A stretch of DNA of 64,000 nt from Macrostomum lignano (Eukaryota): the NCBI GenBank assembly GCA_002269645.1, contig NIVC01002679.1:86061-150060 (forward strand), read 5' to 3'. Each line of letters starts with the position of its first letter. The stretch's first letter is position 1. Under the pieces are notes generated by a model. That model did no database searches. It saw only the letters and a list, made by a program, of their open reading frames with translations, and had not been told where the DNA came from. The position numbers and the translations under genes were made by a program. This document shows positions 36,100 to 50,199 of this stretch, piece after piece.

Positions 36100-37230
36100 T
36101 TATTGTTTTTGTGGTTTTTGCTGTAGTTGTTGTTCTTTTTGCTGTTATTTTTGTTGTTGTTGGCACCAATCAGTTTGCATCAAAAGCAGCAACACCATGT
36201 CGCCGAGCGAGAAGAAATCAGACAGGCGCTCAACTCCGTTGGTCCCACTGAAATTGTCCCGAAAGCTCGCCACAGAGTCAACAGACGTCGCCGATGGCGG
36301 TGCCAGTGCGGTTCCGATAGTAGGCCGGTAGACTCCGGGCAGTGGCCTGCCCTGGTCTGCGAGACCAGGCTTTGCTGTTTGACAGGACCATTGTGGTGTG
36401 TCACTGGAGCGCCAAAGACGTCCAGGAGGTGGCCCTAGCTCTAGAAAGTAGGTTGAAACTTGTGATAGTGCCGCGGATTCTCTCCTTGGCAGCTGCGAGA
36501 GTGATGGAAACTTAGTATTGGGGGAGACTGGCAGAGTGCTTGACTTCGGTGTCGATCAACTTCTGTGCACCCAGAGTGTCCATGCAGGAACCTAATGCAA
36601 GGTCATCTTAGTTGAACGCAAAGCTTGAATCAGGAGCAGCTTGACTTCCTCCAGGAAGGTTTAGTCGTCGGGTGGTCGGAGGGAATGGCTGTCGGTAAAG
36701 GATGGTGGCGTTGCTGGGCGCGGTGGTAATGAGATACTGAAGAGCCATGAGCCAGATGGTGATGAGCTTCGATTTAAAGTAACTGCAACAGCGGCCAGCC
36801 GCGGTGTGCCCCCCCCCGGATTATGGAGCAGCCGGAACGGTCAGTGTGGATCCAGGCCGAGCCGTACCATTCTCCGGGCACCGAGCCGTCAGCCCAACAA
36901 CCATGCACTGGAGACTAGAAGACAGCATTCTGTTTTGGACTGATTGATGTCGATGAGCAGGTGGGAGCTGCCCATTCATTAACCTTGTCGAGAGCTGCTT
37001 GGAAACGACCTTAGAGGTCACTCAGGTTGCAGATTGACAGGACGTCATCATCTGTAGGTCGTCCGCTGTAGTCCACTGAGCGGTCTGGAGCCGGACCAGG
37101 CATTACATATACAACAGTAAAAAACCGGCGAGCTTCCGCCTTCGCAGCCACGTCCACTTCTTCATTACCACTGAGGCCGCAGTGTGCTGCAGGACCCAGC
37201 AAATGGTCCGCGCTCGTACTTAACCCATCT
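36100..37230 (-). mobile_element. Decayed, rearranged I-group LINE remnant(s)
   Basis: RNase H motif HCGLSGNEEVDVAAK (~37140-37190); post-YADD RT segment FQAALDKVNEWAA/LIDINQSKTECCL (~36900-37010); SQTRAGHCP/AYYRNRTG C-terminal piece (~36300-36370); degenerate (CAA)n tail at 36100-36170. Confidence 0.55.
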
Positions 37231-40121
37231 CAATGATAGTTTGTATTGTTCTGTGTACGATCGTATTTCGTTCGCCAATGGGTAATTAGCTTTCTTACTG
37301 TTGATAAGCTGGAGGCTGCTCCGATTGTCGGTTGTGATACATACATATGTATTCTCTAACCTTTAAACTCCAGGTCCATCCTAGCTGGCTGCTATAGAAA
37401 TGTTACATGCATTTTACTCAAATTACATTTACAGGTGCTTCAGCTTCGACGAGTATTTCTATGATGGTACATATATGTACATATAAAAGTATATGAGCTA
37501 GGTTTAAGCACATGCGCGTACAGGCAATCCGACTTCGGACAACGTACTTTTGTATTATGTACTTTTATATTACATCGACAGATAACAAACGTCATCCGTC
37601 GCCTGAAAACACTTACAGCAGTATATGTTACGTGTAGCCTGCAATTCTTTACATCCGGTCCAAGATTCTCTTAGGGCATAAAGAGTTGCAATGATTTTGG
37701 CTGGCGTGCGCAAATATCAATAAGAAAGGGCGCCCTCCCCAAAAGTCCGTCGTCCTAGAAAGAAATGTTTGCTTTGAACCCAATCATGCGATCATATTTT
37801 TAAGACTTCGCGCGGCCCAGCACGATGTGATAATCCCTCAGTTAAAAGGACCTCCTGTTAGCTGCACCACTTCGGTAATCGTTAAATTATGCAGCAGAAT
37901 ATTTATTAACAGTGGTTTACCGTGAGTTAATATAAATATTATCTAGATAATGTACGTATGAAGTATGTAGGTAGGAGTACCCTACATAAGATTACCAATC
38001 AAATAATTATTAAACAAAGACTAAAACTTTTATAAAAGACTAAAATTGCAGAATAAACTATGGTGGATGAGAGGACTGTATTTTTCATCTTTGTTGAAGG
38101 TTTACAAAGGTTATAACGGTAAATAACGAGGCTTCGCAATTAAAAAAGAAAATATTTTAAATATTTCTTTTATTAGAAGCTCACAGAATTTACTTCGTTC
38201 GTTCAGCCAATAAAGTTGTTTTGAATAAGGTATGTATCACACGACACTTACAATACACTTTCACAGCAGAACCATAGAATATGCTACTATTGTTATCAAC
38301 CTTTTGATTTCATAATTGTTTTACCTCTTGTTTCAATTCATTTCAATTTAGTAACTTGAAGATAAAGTTAACTAAATATAGTAAAAATAAGTTCTGAGCT
38401 AGTTTTTCTTCAATTAGCACCCAGATCTCTAATTTAATATTTGGATTAGATTGATAGGGCATATAAAAAGTAGAAGGAATTATACAAACATTGCTTTGGG
38501 GCGATGCAGTTATACAATTTATAAGGTCTTAAGAGTATTTAATTTAGGTTAAATGCTTTTTTTGGCTTTGCTCAGTTACTGTTATCATCAGAATTTTTAA
38601 TTAAAATGTGAGTTCGAATAGCATCGTAATAAACTATTTAAAGTTGTAATGACAAATGATACTATTATTGCTTAATGAAATCATAAATTTGTTGTTCTTT
38701 GCCAACTTTGCTATATAGTATAAAGAGCCAGCTAGCTAGGGGCCTAGAATTTTGACCAATTGAAACAAGCTTTTTAGAATTTATATGAGTTAAATACTAC
38801 CCTTTATTGTTCTAGATACAGAACAATTTTACCAACATAATTTTACAAATCTTTATAGTATAGTGTATACTTGTATATCTCATATCATATATAGTATCAA
38901 ATGTTTTAAAATCATTAAATGACATTGTATAGTTGATGTATCAATTAAATGTAGAATACTAAAAGCATATAGGAATCGAAATCATATATATTATATTAGC
39001 CACTAATGTTAAGATTCATAAGATAAAAAAGTGCATTATATTTTTTTAGCATGGAATATATATATTTTATTCTATAACCCTAGAAATTATCTTGGCCATT
39101 TATGCTTTTTAGCTTTGTGAAATATATTATAAATTTTTATAAACTATATAGTAATAGAAATACACAATTAGCTAGGCTAGAAGTTTTTTAGGATATTGGT
39201 TGCAGGTTGCCAAAAAGATACTTTTGTTTAATTATATAATTGTATTATATATGCTTTTATTTAGTTTAGTTTCCTCAGGTATTCTTATTTTGAACTTAAC
39301 TATTTAAAAATATGTTCAGATTTTTTGGGATTCCAGTTTTGTTGGTGGGATCCTAAGTTTTCAAGATTATAGGATTGGGATCCCTATCTATTCCTCTAGC
39401 CTATTCAAATAGCATATGTTCAATAGCATTGGCTAGCATCATTGATGATAATAATAGTCTCTGTCTTATCTTTAAGCATATATAGAGGTCAGGATCAACA
39501 TTTTTAGTATTAGGCAGGATTGGGATCCCAATTTTTGCTAAGATCCCAGAATTTTATGTCCTAGACCTATCTCTAGTCATTACCCTCTTATTCCTTATAC
39601 TATACTATATATGCGGTTATATAATTATAAAAATCTATATTATAAATTTATACGCTGGTTACATTTCTTAAGATTTCAAATCTTAAGATTTTATTTAATG
39701 CCAATTGGCAACTATTTATTTGTTAACTGAGAAATTTGGGCTAAAATGATATCATTGGCATATTTTTAGCTGCAAGTTTTCTATTGGTAAGGGAAACATC
39801 TTTACTATAATGAGAACTATTATCTTATACCTTAAAAACCAATAGCTAATTGCTAGTAGAAACTAGAAAGGCAGCTTAATTTACAAATTGATGTTAAAAT
39901 ACTTTACTTTAAAACTTTCAGTGCACCAATGGCATCCTAACACAAGCTAAAATACAGCACCTGTGATTTCTGATAATCAATCTGATTGTTTGGAACCTGA
40001 TTATTCACTGGTCATAAAAATTCTGAAACAAACAAGTTGTTGGCAGGATTCACTAAATCTATCAATCATCTGTAAAAAAGTTCATCAGACTCGACTTAAA
40101 AGTACATGAAAACAAAGCAAC

Positions 40122-40232
40122 ATGACTGACAGTCGCAAGACGCCGCCAACGTCTCCGCACAGGTCAAGTGGCAAAACTCTCACTGTGAAGGTTGTGCTGC
40201 TGGACGACACCGTGAACTCTTTTCAAGTACCG
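40122..40232 (+). CDS. FERM-FA gene (FARP/Cdep-like), exon 1
   Basis: MTDSRKTPPTSPHRSSGKTLTVKVVLLDDTVNSFQVP, G|GTGAGT donor; start of the FERM N-lobe. Confidence 0.85.
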
Positions 40233-40304
40233 GTGAGTTTCTCACAAAATACAGAAATAGGGAATGGGAAAGAGACAAAATTCATTCATTTGCCGTGCAA
40301 TTCA

Positions 40305-40420
40305 CAACCATGAGGCCCAACCACCCCCCAAGGCACACAGAGTGCACATCCCTGACGATTAGAAAGTCAGGGCCGCTGTACACCCTGTGTATGAGTGCGT
40401 GCCTGTGTACAGTATTGAAG
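40305..40420 (+). mobile_element. SINE body copy (headless)
   Basis: CCATGAGG...CAAGGCAC...CATCCCTGACGATTAGAAAGTCAGGGCCGCTGTACACCCTGTGT, homologous to the 45485-45640 and 10110-10233 copies. Confidence 0.65.
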
Positions 40421-40689
40421 CACTTGTATGTGCTCACGAGTCAGCCGAATGGGGCAGAATTGATGTGGCCTTTGTGGGACAATGTCGCCGAAGGGGCGCT
40501 GCGCCAGGGTGCCCATAAATTCGTCGCTTTCGACCTTGTAGTCACTATTGTTTTTTTAGTTTCTTACGGAAAGTGACGTTTACAGTAAAAAACTTAAGAT
40601 ATAAGCATCTCCTTTGAGATTTGGCATCAAGGCCTCTCTTTAAGCCATAGCTTAACCCTAACTCCCCCTTTGATGCTTGACCTACAAAA

Positions 40690-41570
40690 AACTCCCAATC
40701 GACACTTGGCATCTCAGCAATTCCCCACGAAAGCCTTGAAATCTCAGCAATTCCCCACGAAAGCCTTGACATCTCAGCAATTCCCCACGAAAGCCTTGAA
40801 ATCTCAGCAATTCCCTACGAAAGCCTTGAAATCTCAGCAATTCCCCACGAAAGCCTTGACATCTCAGCAATTCCCCACGAAAGCCTTGAAATCTCAGCAA
40901 TTCCCCACGAAAGCCTTGAAATCTCAGCGATTCCCCACGAAAGCCTTGACATCTCAGCAATTCCCCACGGGAGTCTTGACATCTCAGCAATTTCTCACGG
41001 GAGTCTTGACATCTCAGCAATTCCTCACGGGAGTCTTGACATCTCAGCAATTCCCCACGAAAGCCTTGACATCTCAGCAATTCCCCACGAAAGCCTTGAA
41101 ATCTCAGCAATTCCCCACGAAAGCCTTGAAATCTCAGCAATTCCCCACGAAAGCCTTGAAATCTCAGCAATTCCCCACGAAAGCCTTGAAATCTCAGCAA
41201 TTCCCCACGAAAGCCTTGATATCTCAGCAATTCCCCACGAAAGCCTTGAAATCTCAGCAATTCCCTACGAAAGCCTTGAAATCTCAGCAATTCCCCACGA
41301 AAGTCTTGGCATCTCAGCAATTCTCCACGGGCGGGAGTCTTGACATCTCAGCAATTCCCCACGGGAGTCTTGATATCTCAGCAATTCTCCACGGGAGTCT
41401 TGGCATCTCAGCAATTCTCCACGGGCGGGAGTCTTGACATCTCAGCAATTCCCCACGGGAGTCTTGACATCTCAGCAATTCCCCACGGGAGTCTTGATAT
41501 CTCAGCAATTCCCCACGGGAGTCTTGACATCTCAGCAATTCCCCACTTGAGCCTTGAAATCTTAACAATT
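40690..41570. repeat. 30-bp minisatellite (ATCTCAGCAATTCCCCACGAAAGCCTTGAA)
   Basis: Direct inspection. Confidence 0.97.
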
Positions 41571-42093
41571 CTCCCTACTAAAGAAATAGGACACCGCGGG
41601 TGTCCAAGTTTCCTGGCCGTAGCAACTCCATGAAATTATTGTGTACTTGTACTACTAGATTATTCAATTTACTAGTATTCTACTATTTATATTGGAAACC
41701 GTTGCTAGATGTGGGGAGAGACGGAGTGCTCACTGCACGGTGTTCCGTATTAATCAAATTAATAAACCACAGAACATAGGACAATTATCCCTGTGCTATT
41801 GGGAAGCAAGGTAGCCAAGGGGATTATAATACACTGTCTGCCTTGTGTGTATTATGCCTTGTGTGCTTCTCTTAATCCTCTCTTCTTGTTGAGTAGTCGA
41901 GAGCATACTTTGGTGTGTAGCTGGGGTAAGGTTGGCTGCTCAGGGCTACACGCTATACATGCTCTCTCTCTCTCTCTCTAGTTCAGCTGGGTTCAAGCCA
42001 GAAAGTAATAGGAAAGTGAAATGACAATGACAAATGCAAATAGAATGGGCTAAAAGTATAAATAGCATTCATTAAAATTTATAGAGTATAGGC

Positions 42094-42697
42094 CAGGGGT
42101 CTGCAAACTTATCTACCTCAAGAGGTAGATAAAGAATCCAGCTCATGTCTGCGGGCCAGATGAGAGAGGAAAGGAGAGAGGAGAGGAGATAAGAAGGGAG
42201 AGGAGAGGATAGAAAAGAGAGAGAGAAGAGAGGAGAATGGGGAGCGATAAGAGTGAAGAGAGAGAAAGAAGTGAGAAAAGAGAAGAGTGGAGAGAGAGAA
42301 AGAAGTGAGAAAAGAGAAGAGTGGAGAGAGAGAAAGAAGAGAGAAAAGAGAAGAGTGGAGAGAGAGAAAGAAGAGAGAGAGAAGAGAGAAGAGTGGAGAG
42401 AGAGAAAGAAGAGAGAAAAGAGAAGAGTGGAGAGAGAGAAAGAAGTGAGAAAAGAGAAGAGTGGAGAGAGAGAAAGAAGAGAGAAAAGAGAAGAGTGGAG
42501 AGAGAGAAAGAAGAGAGAGAGAAGAGAGAAGAGTGGAGAGAGAGAAAGAAGAGAGAAAAGAGAAGAGTGGAGAGAGAGAAAGAAGAGAGAACAGAGAATA
42601 GAAGACAGAAAGAGCTGAGATTGAAGAGACACAAATATTGAGCAGGCCGAATTGCTGTTGTGAAGTTTCAACCGGACCGGAGTTTAGCCAACCCCTG
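42094..42697. mobile_element. Non-autonomous hAT (Charlie-like) element with internal GA-rich tract
   Basis: TIRs CAGGGGTCTGCAAACT / AGTTTAGCCAACCCCTG; perfect 8-bp TSD GTATAGGC at 42086-93 and 42698-705. Confidence 0.9.
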
Positions 42698-43459
42698 GTA
42701 TAGGCTGAGTCGGCAGATTACTGAGTCACTGTTTCATAACGCAGTCCTTTTACACAAATGGAGTCTAATTCCGTTATACTTGAAGTATCATAGTGCTGCT
42801 CTGAAAAAACAACCTTATACGTGAAGTGCTTTGGTTGTCTCTGGGTTGTCTCGAGGTGGCCTGGCAGGTCTTTGTATCCCACCGCTGCCACCAGTGAAGT
42901 ACTTCTCCTTCTCGGGTTCTCGAAGATGTTCCTAGAAAATAGAACCCGCTGCTCCTGAAGAAGCTAGATAGCACCGCAGTACTACCTATCGATTTGCCTG
43001 AAAATGAACCTAAAACGTTGCCGTTACTTGGTAGGGTTGCTGCCACCTTGGTGTGCGGACTCGACGCGTCGGCAGAGTTGTCTATCCGTCACCTGAAAGA
43101 AAATTAACAAAGTCGCTCGGAGCAAGGGCAAATCTGAAAAATGTCTCGACAGTCGATCGTCTTAGTTGAATGCTGCTCGAACCTGAAACCTGTAAAACCT
43201 GAAATGAGAGAGGAGAGCTCGGAGGCAGAGGCTTCACGAGTTAGCCACAATGCTCCGCGAGACGACGCAGTCTACGAACACGGTCTGGAGAAAATGGCTC
43301 GCAGATGCTCCGTATTTATAGACGAGCGGACCCCCAAAAGTCACGTGAGTTTCATGCGGTGAGCGCGTGAAACTTCCTTATTTGGGCATTGGAATCATGC
43401 GGGCGACGCGTGATCCAAGGCCAACTTCCAAATAAGGCAACCCTGTCACGCAGCAGTGG

Positions 43460-43680
43460 CGTGACTCAAGGTCAGTGGCCACGCACCGAGTGCGTGCACA
43501 GTCACGTGCTTAGTCTGTGCTAAAAATAGAAACGTGGGCGGATGAGTCATCCTGTTTACTCCCTCTAGGCAGCCCTTACACTCCGCGCAGGTGATGAGTC
43601 ATCCTGCTATGCCTCCTCAGCGCGAGTGGGAAGACATTGAGTGTGGCTGCCCGCGCCCGCTCAGGCGATGAGTCATCGGG
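43460..43680. promoter_or_regulatory. AP-1 motif cluster in FARP-like intron 1
   Basis: GATGAGTCATC at 43541, 43593 and 43667; TGACTCA at 43462; CACGTG E-boxes at about 43344 and 43503. Confidence 0.45.
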
Positions 43681-44969
43681 CAGTAAACACTTAGGCCCAG
43701 CACAGGGTATCTCTCTCACTAGATCAGGTGGACTGAGCCACTGTGCAGCGGATCACAGCGCCCTTAGGGAAAGCTAGTGAATGCTGCTGAATAGCCAGTT
43801 AGCAGCCAGTCACTACATACGTCTTTAATTTGAATGTCACAGAACTAGCACAAACACAAGCACAAACTAGCACTAGCTTTTTACTTACCTACAAAAGTGC
43901 ATACTTAATGCTTGAAAGTTAGTGTTTCCCTCCAGCCTAGCTGCCTGCCAGAGGCGTCCAATGGCTTGTCTATCATTCCTTATTTCCCCCTCCCCCCCTA
44001 CTTTTTTGCCCTTGCCTGCTACACTTTCCGGTCAAGGCGCACCAGCTTGATTGATGGGTGCACAGGGTTTATGTACGGCGAACGATTCGTAGAAAAAATG
44101 CTTTCACAGGCGACAGACACGCCTTGATTGACATGGTCCACTGTCCTAAAATATTAATGTGCATAGTTTTCTCTTGCGCGCAACAGCTTTCTTATGACTG
44201 ATCAAGGGTCTCTTAACCCCCCCCCCCCCAGAGAGACGCAGAGACGGTTAGAAGGCATGAGCAGTGAAGACAAGAAGAGTCTTAGCATCTTTCACTCTTT
44301 TTTCCCTTTTTGCTCTTCCTTCCCTTTGGATTCGGCCACCAAAAGGCTTCCGTCTCCCATCACACCCTCTCTCCTCCCTTCCAACCTCTCTTCTCCTTAC
44401 TTACTACTTTTCCCTTGAAGCCTTGGGGGCAAGCAGGGGTTAGACACGTTAAATCTCGGCGATTCCACTAACGATTCCACTATCCCACTAACGAAGCAAT
44501 CCACTCGCCTACTCCTCGGTTCGGTCTCTGCTCCATTGCCTGTATCTTATAAAGGGTTGAGGCAGGCATTCGCCTTGACTACTCTGATTGAGATTGAGAG
44601 GATCAGCAAAGGGTTGGTTGCTCTCGCTCTCTTACTCTTACTCTACACGCAGACGTGCCTGCGAGCGACCGTATGTGTGGCCTTTCTTGACTCAGCATTT
44701 CAATCTTGATGGGTAACGATGAAAGGAGTAATGCATTTGGATCAGAATAGAGATCAGGCCACTGGCTTAGATGTTTAAGTATTAAATATGAACTTTTAAG
44801 AGACCAATGTACTTAATATGCCGGTAAATTAAGTAAGTAAGAAAATATATAATAACATTATTTACCTTGATTGTAATTTTTGTCTGCTTGAACCACAGAT
44901 ACTAGAAACACGGTCTGAACGTCTTTCAAATTCTTATAGGGATTTCTCTAGCAAACAAAAAAGTGAAAC

Positions 44970-45466
44970 GCAATTTGAATACTTATTGTCTATGGCCCAA
45001 TTGTCGCTGAAGTTGTTCTCCCGTATTTGAATACTTATTGTCTATGGCCCAATTGTCGCTGAAGTTGTTCTCCCGTATTTGAATACTTATTGTCTATGGC
45101 CCAATTGTCGCTGAAGTTGTTCTCCCGTATTCGGAACTTATTGTCTATGGCCCAATTGTCGCTGAAGTTGTTCTCCCGTATTTGAATACTTATTTTCTAT
45201 GGCCCAATTGTCGCTGAAGTTGTTCTCCCGTATTTGGAACTTATTGTCTATGGCCCAATTGTCGCTGAAGTTGTTCTACCGTATTTGAATACTTATTGTC
45301 TATGGCCCAATTGTCGCTGAAGTTGTTCTCCCGTATTTGAATACTTATTGTCTATGGCCCAATTGTCGCTGAAGTTGTTCTCCCGTATTCGGAACTTATT
45401 GTCTATGGCCCAATTGTCGCTGAAGTTGTTCTCCCGTATTTGAATACTTATTGTCTATGGCCCAAT
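44970..45466. repeat. 52-bp tandem repeat (TTGAATACTTATTGTCTATGGCCCAATTGTCGCTGAAG...)
   Basis: About 9.5 near-identical head-to-tail units, no spacers. Confidence 0.97.
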
Positions 45467-45484
45467 ATACAAGTGCGCCAATAC

Positions 45485-45640
45485 TGACTCACACACACGC
45501 TCACACAGGGTGTACAGCAGTCCTGACTGTCCAATCGTCAGGCATGTACACTCCCTGTGCTTTGGGGGCTGGCCCTCATGGCCCTCGGGAATCGAACTAG
45601 GGGTCGTGTCGCGAGAGTCACTTGAACTGTGCTAAAGGGC
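45485..45640 (-). mobile_element. tRNA-derived SINE copy
   Basis: B box AGTTCGATTCC at 45588-98, followed by the same body and CCTGAC-N9-GTCAGG hairpin. Confidence 0.65.
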
Positions 45641-46249
45641 AGATTGATGCGCACCAGTTGCGCCTGTCCTATATATGTACGCTCGTACATAAGGCCAGTT
45701 GGTTAATTAGGACTCAATTACACAGACCAGGTCGATACGCCGCTCCACCTGCACTCGCGGTGCGACTCATTTTTTTTCTCACTTTGATTAAACACTGCCA
45801 GCTTGGGATCGGATGATGAGGAACGGTGAGAAAGGGAAAAAAGGAAGAGAACAGGCGGGTCGGCGAGTAAATTAGGGGATGGAGAAGAGGATAATGGGAA
45901 GCTAGGGGAGAGGATGCGATAGGCGAGTTGGGGTTTGAGCTCAATTTTTTAGTAGCTATTCGGCTCAGACCTGCAGCGATCGAATGCAGCCCGACTCCTG
46001 TGCTCACCGCTGCTCAGGAAGGAACAGGAGCTCTGGTGATGCCAGAGTAACGGGGAGTAGGGAGATTTATATATATATATACAGATGGGAGGTACGAAAT
46101 TTGGGACTCAGATTATTTTAATGCGCCGATGTCGATATGAAAATTTGATGCTCGTAAACAGCCTATTATTGAGATTTTGACTTATTATTCGGTGAGAGAA
46201 GGGCGAGAAGAGCGGAGACTGAGGTTCAGAAAAAGGCGTAGAGTAGATG

Positions 46250-47140
46250 GGAATAAAGCGGGAGAATAGATGGCAGTAGAGTGGAAGAATATGTCGGAGA
46301 TAGAGTGAGAGAATATATGGGATTAGAGTGGGAGAATAGATGGGAGTAGAGTGGGAGAATAGATGGGAGTAGAGTGGGAGAATAGATGGGAGTAGTGAGA
46401 GAATAGATGGAAGATAAGAGTGGGAAAATAGATGGGAGTAGAGTGGGAGAATAGATGGAAGATAAGAGTGGGAAAATAGATGGGAGTAGAGTGGGAGAAT
46501 AGATAGGAGTAGAGTGGGAGAATAGATGGGAGTAGAGTGGGAGAATAGATGGGAATAGAGTGGGAGAATAGATGGGAGTAGAGTGGGAGAATAGATGGGA
46601 ATAGAGTGGGAGAATAGATGGGAGTAGAGTGGGAGAATAGATGGGAGTAGAGTGGGAGAATAGATGGGAGTAGTGAGAGAATAGATGGAAGATAAGAGTG
46701 GGAAAATAGATGGGAGTAGAGTGGGAGAATAGATGGAAGATAAGAGTGGGAAAATAGATGGGAGTAGAGTGGGAGAATAGATGGGAATAGAGTGGGAGAA
46801 TAGATGGGAGTAGAGTGGGAGAATAGATGGGAGTAGAGTAGAAGAATAGATGGGAGTAGAGTGGGAGAATAGATGGGAGTAGAGTGGGAGAATAGATGGG
46901 AATAGAGTGGGAGAATAGATGGGAGTAGAGTGAGAGAATAGATGGGAGTAGAGTGAGAGAATAGATGGAAGATAAGAGTGGGAAAATAGATGGGAGTAGA
47001 GTGGGAGAATAGATGGAAGATAAGAGTGGGAAAATAGATGGGAGTAGAGTGGGAGAATAGATGGGAGTAGAGTGGGAGAATAGATGGGAGTGGGAGAATA
47101 GATGGGAGTAGAGTGGGAGAGAGTGGGAGAGTAGATTAGA
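46250..47140. repeat. 23-bp purine-rich minisatellite (GGGAGTAGAGTGGGAGAATAGAT)
   Basis: Direct inspection. Confidence 0.96.
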
Positions 47141-47679
47141 ATAGATAAGTATATTGTTAATCTAGCCTGATCCATGAGCCATGAGCCGAGGAGGCACAAG
47201 TAACTCATTGCGATACAATATCATTAGTACTCATAGGAGTATTGATTCCAGTACCTCTGCATGCCGGGGACTCGCCAGTCCATGCAAGTAGGTTTACGGC
47301 ATCTGGGTTCCGCGTCTGGCTTAGCGTTATTCCAAAAAGCCTCCCCTGTCTGTAGCCTCGCTTTCCCTTGCGTTTTGGCAGGGTTGCCGTATATTCTCCC
47401 TGCCCCTCCCGCTCCCGCCTACAGCGCGCTAATCCTCAATTGATCGGGAATTGAGTCCCGGCGAGCTGGGGCGGGAGAGCCTCCGCCAAATCCCCGCCCC
47501 AACTTCGTCCCGGTTGGATCTGGCGCAAGAAATTGGATAAGCTCCGTGCCGGATTTAATGCAGCGGCTGCTGCGCCACTCGGGGGAACATGAGGAGCGGG
47601 GAGGACTGGGAGAGAATTCTGGCTGGCCCTGCTGGTGCTGCGTATCCCTATTGGCGCGCCTGTATGTGCTCAAGAGTCA

Positions 47680-48066
<387 letters not shown>

Positions 48067-48369
48067 AAGCAAAAAGTGAGACTAAATCTCGCTGATCCAA
48101 ATGCCAGAGAATATACCTAGAGCGCAACACATGGGCAGAACTCCAGAGTGCTTGCACAAATTGTAGCACTGAGTGCAGTGCCCGCATTTACAAGAATAAG
48201 CGGCATCGATTTATTCCCCCGCAATCTTTCCAAAACTAAGGAGAGTTTCTTGAGATTTTGTTGAGTTAAACCCTGTCCGAAGCTCAAGGGTTCTCACAGT
48301 CTATCAAGTCTATCACTCACTCACTCACTCGATCGCCCCTCTCGACCCGTTAAGTAAGCTTTGGAGCAG

Positions 48370-48900
48370 AAAACTGCGCATCTGTGTTGTGCTGCTGTGT
48401 GTCCGAAATTCGCTTACTACACATCGCTTTGGAGTGGGTTTCCCTGTTCCCCTGCTTTCCCTTGCCGATTCTCTGTGGCTCTCAGCTTTTCAATTGTATT
48501 ATCCTGCTAGAGATTTTCTCCTTGCCAGTCTATGCTCAAGTGTGCTTCTTTTACTCCCGGTTCGTCTGTCCCTCTCCATCTTGTTTCTACTGCATGTACC
48601 TCCCGAATCGAGACAGTTTCCTATCGATTAGTTGTTGTTGCTGCGGTCCAAACTCGGAATGGTTGGTTTGATTTGAAAGGGACTATTCTGACCAAGAAGT
48701 GTTGGCCCGTCGTTTCTGTTTGTGTCAGAGGATTTTCGTCACGGTGCTGAAGGTCTCGAAGAATGATATTCTGGCCTACTGCCTGATCATGAGCAAGTCA
48801 GGGTCGATGTACACTCTGTATGAGCATGTGCCTGCGTATGTATCTTTGCATAGGAGTGCGAGCAAGACTGATTCCCATCTACGGGTTGACTGTCGCCTTG
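48370..48900 (-). mobile_element. Possible heavily decayed RTE-like LINE fragment
   Basis: Stop-riddled frame with FETFSTVTKIL and QQLIDRKLSRFGRY, reminiscent of the RTE RT C-terminal region; weak. Confidence 0.3.
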
Positions 48901-48927
48901 ATTTGACTGCAACAAACAACAAACAAA

Positions 48928-49491
<564 letters not shown>

Positions 49492-50199
49492 CACGTGAAT
49501 GTGTTGCCTCTTTATTTTGCTATTGACTTGAAAACTGCTGAAATAGTGGCCAGCTGTGTGACAACTGGTGAAGCAACGAAATGAAGTCTAAAACTAACTG
49601 CGTAAAATGGTTTGTTCGAAATAATGGACATGAGCAAAATTGTCTTTTTTTAGTTTAAAAATAAGTGATCTGTTTATTTCATAAAAATTTGATTAAGCCT
49701 TCCCGACGGCTGATTAAGCTAACTCACTTTCCAATGAACTCTCTAGCCTACTGGTGTGCGTCTTGGCCATGCTGATAAGAGAATTCTTTAAGTCAGTCTG
49801 GACTTGCAATGACGATGACTCACGTGTTCTCTCGGGAAAAGTGAAGGCGAGCACGCGCAGTTAGTCTGGTGTATCTCTCTCCCTCTCTCTCTATTTCCCT
49901 TCTATGATTCTCCCTGCCTCATCTTCGTCTTCACGATTTCCCATGCCTGCTGACGTAATACCTCCATACGTATATGCTCAGTAGGAGCTAGTGTCTGGTA
50001 GGATTTCGTTCTGCTGCCAATCTTCTTCGTGGCTTTTAGCTCTGTGGTTTTATTGCTTTAGGAAGGTTGCTGGGGTATGATGGCTACTGTACTAGGATTA
50101 TTACTTTTTAATCGTTTTTTTCGGTTAGTAGATTGCATCTTGACACAGCTTTTTTTAACTTGGAAGCTAAAAGCCATAGCCTTGCAGCCACTTCACGCT

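Noticed and set aside
43032-43445. hAT element bounded by TAGGGTTGC / GGCAACCCTG
   Set aside because: The flanks (TTACTTGG vs TCACGCAG) do not form a TSD.
44970-45466. CRISPR-like appearance of the 52-bp and other regular arrays
   Set aside because: Units are head-to-tail with no unique spacers, no cas genes are present, and the context is eukaryotic.
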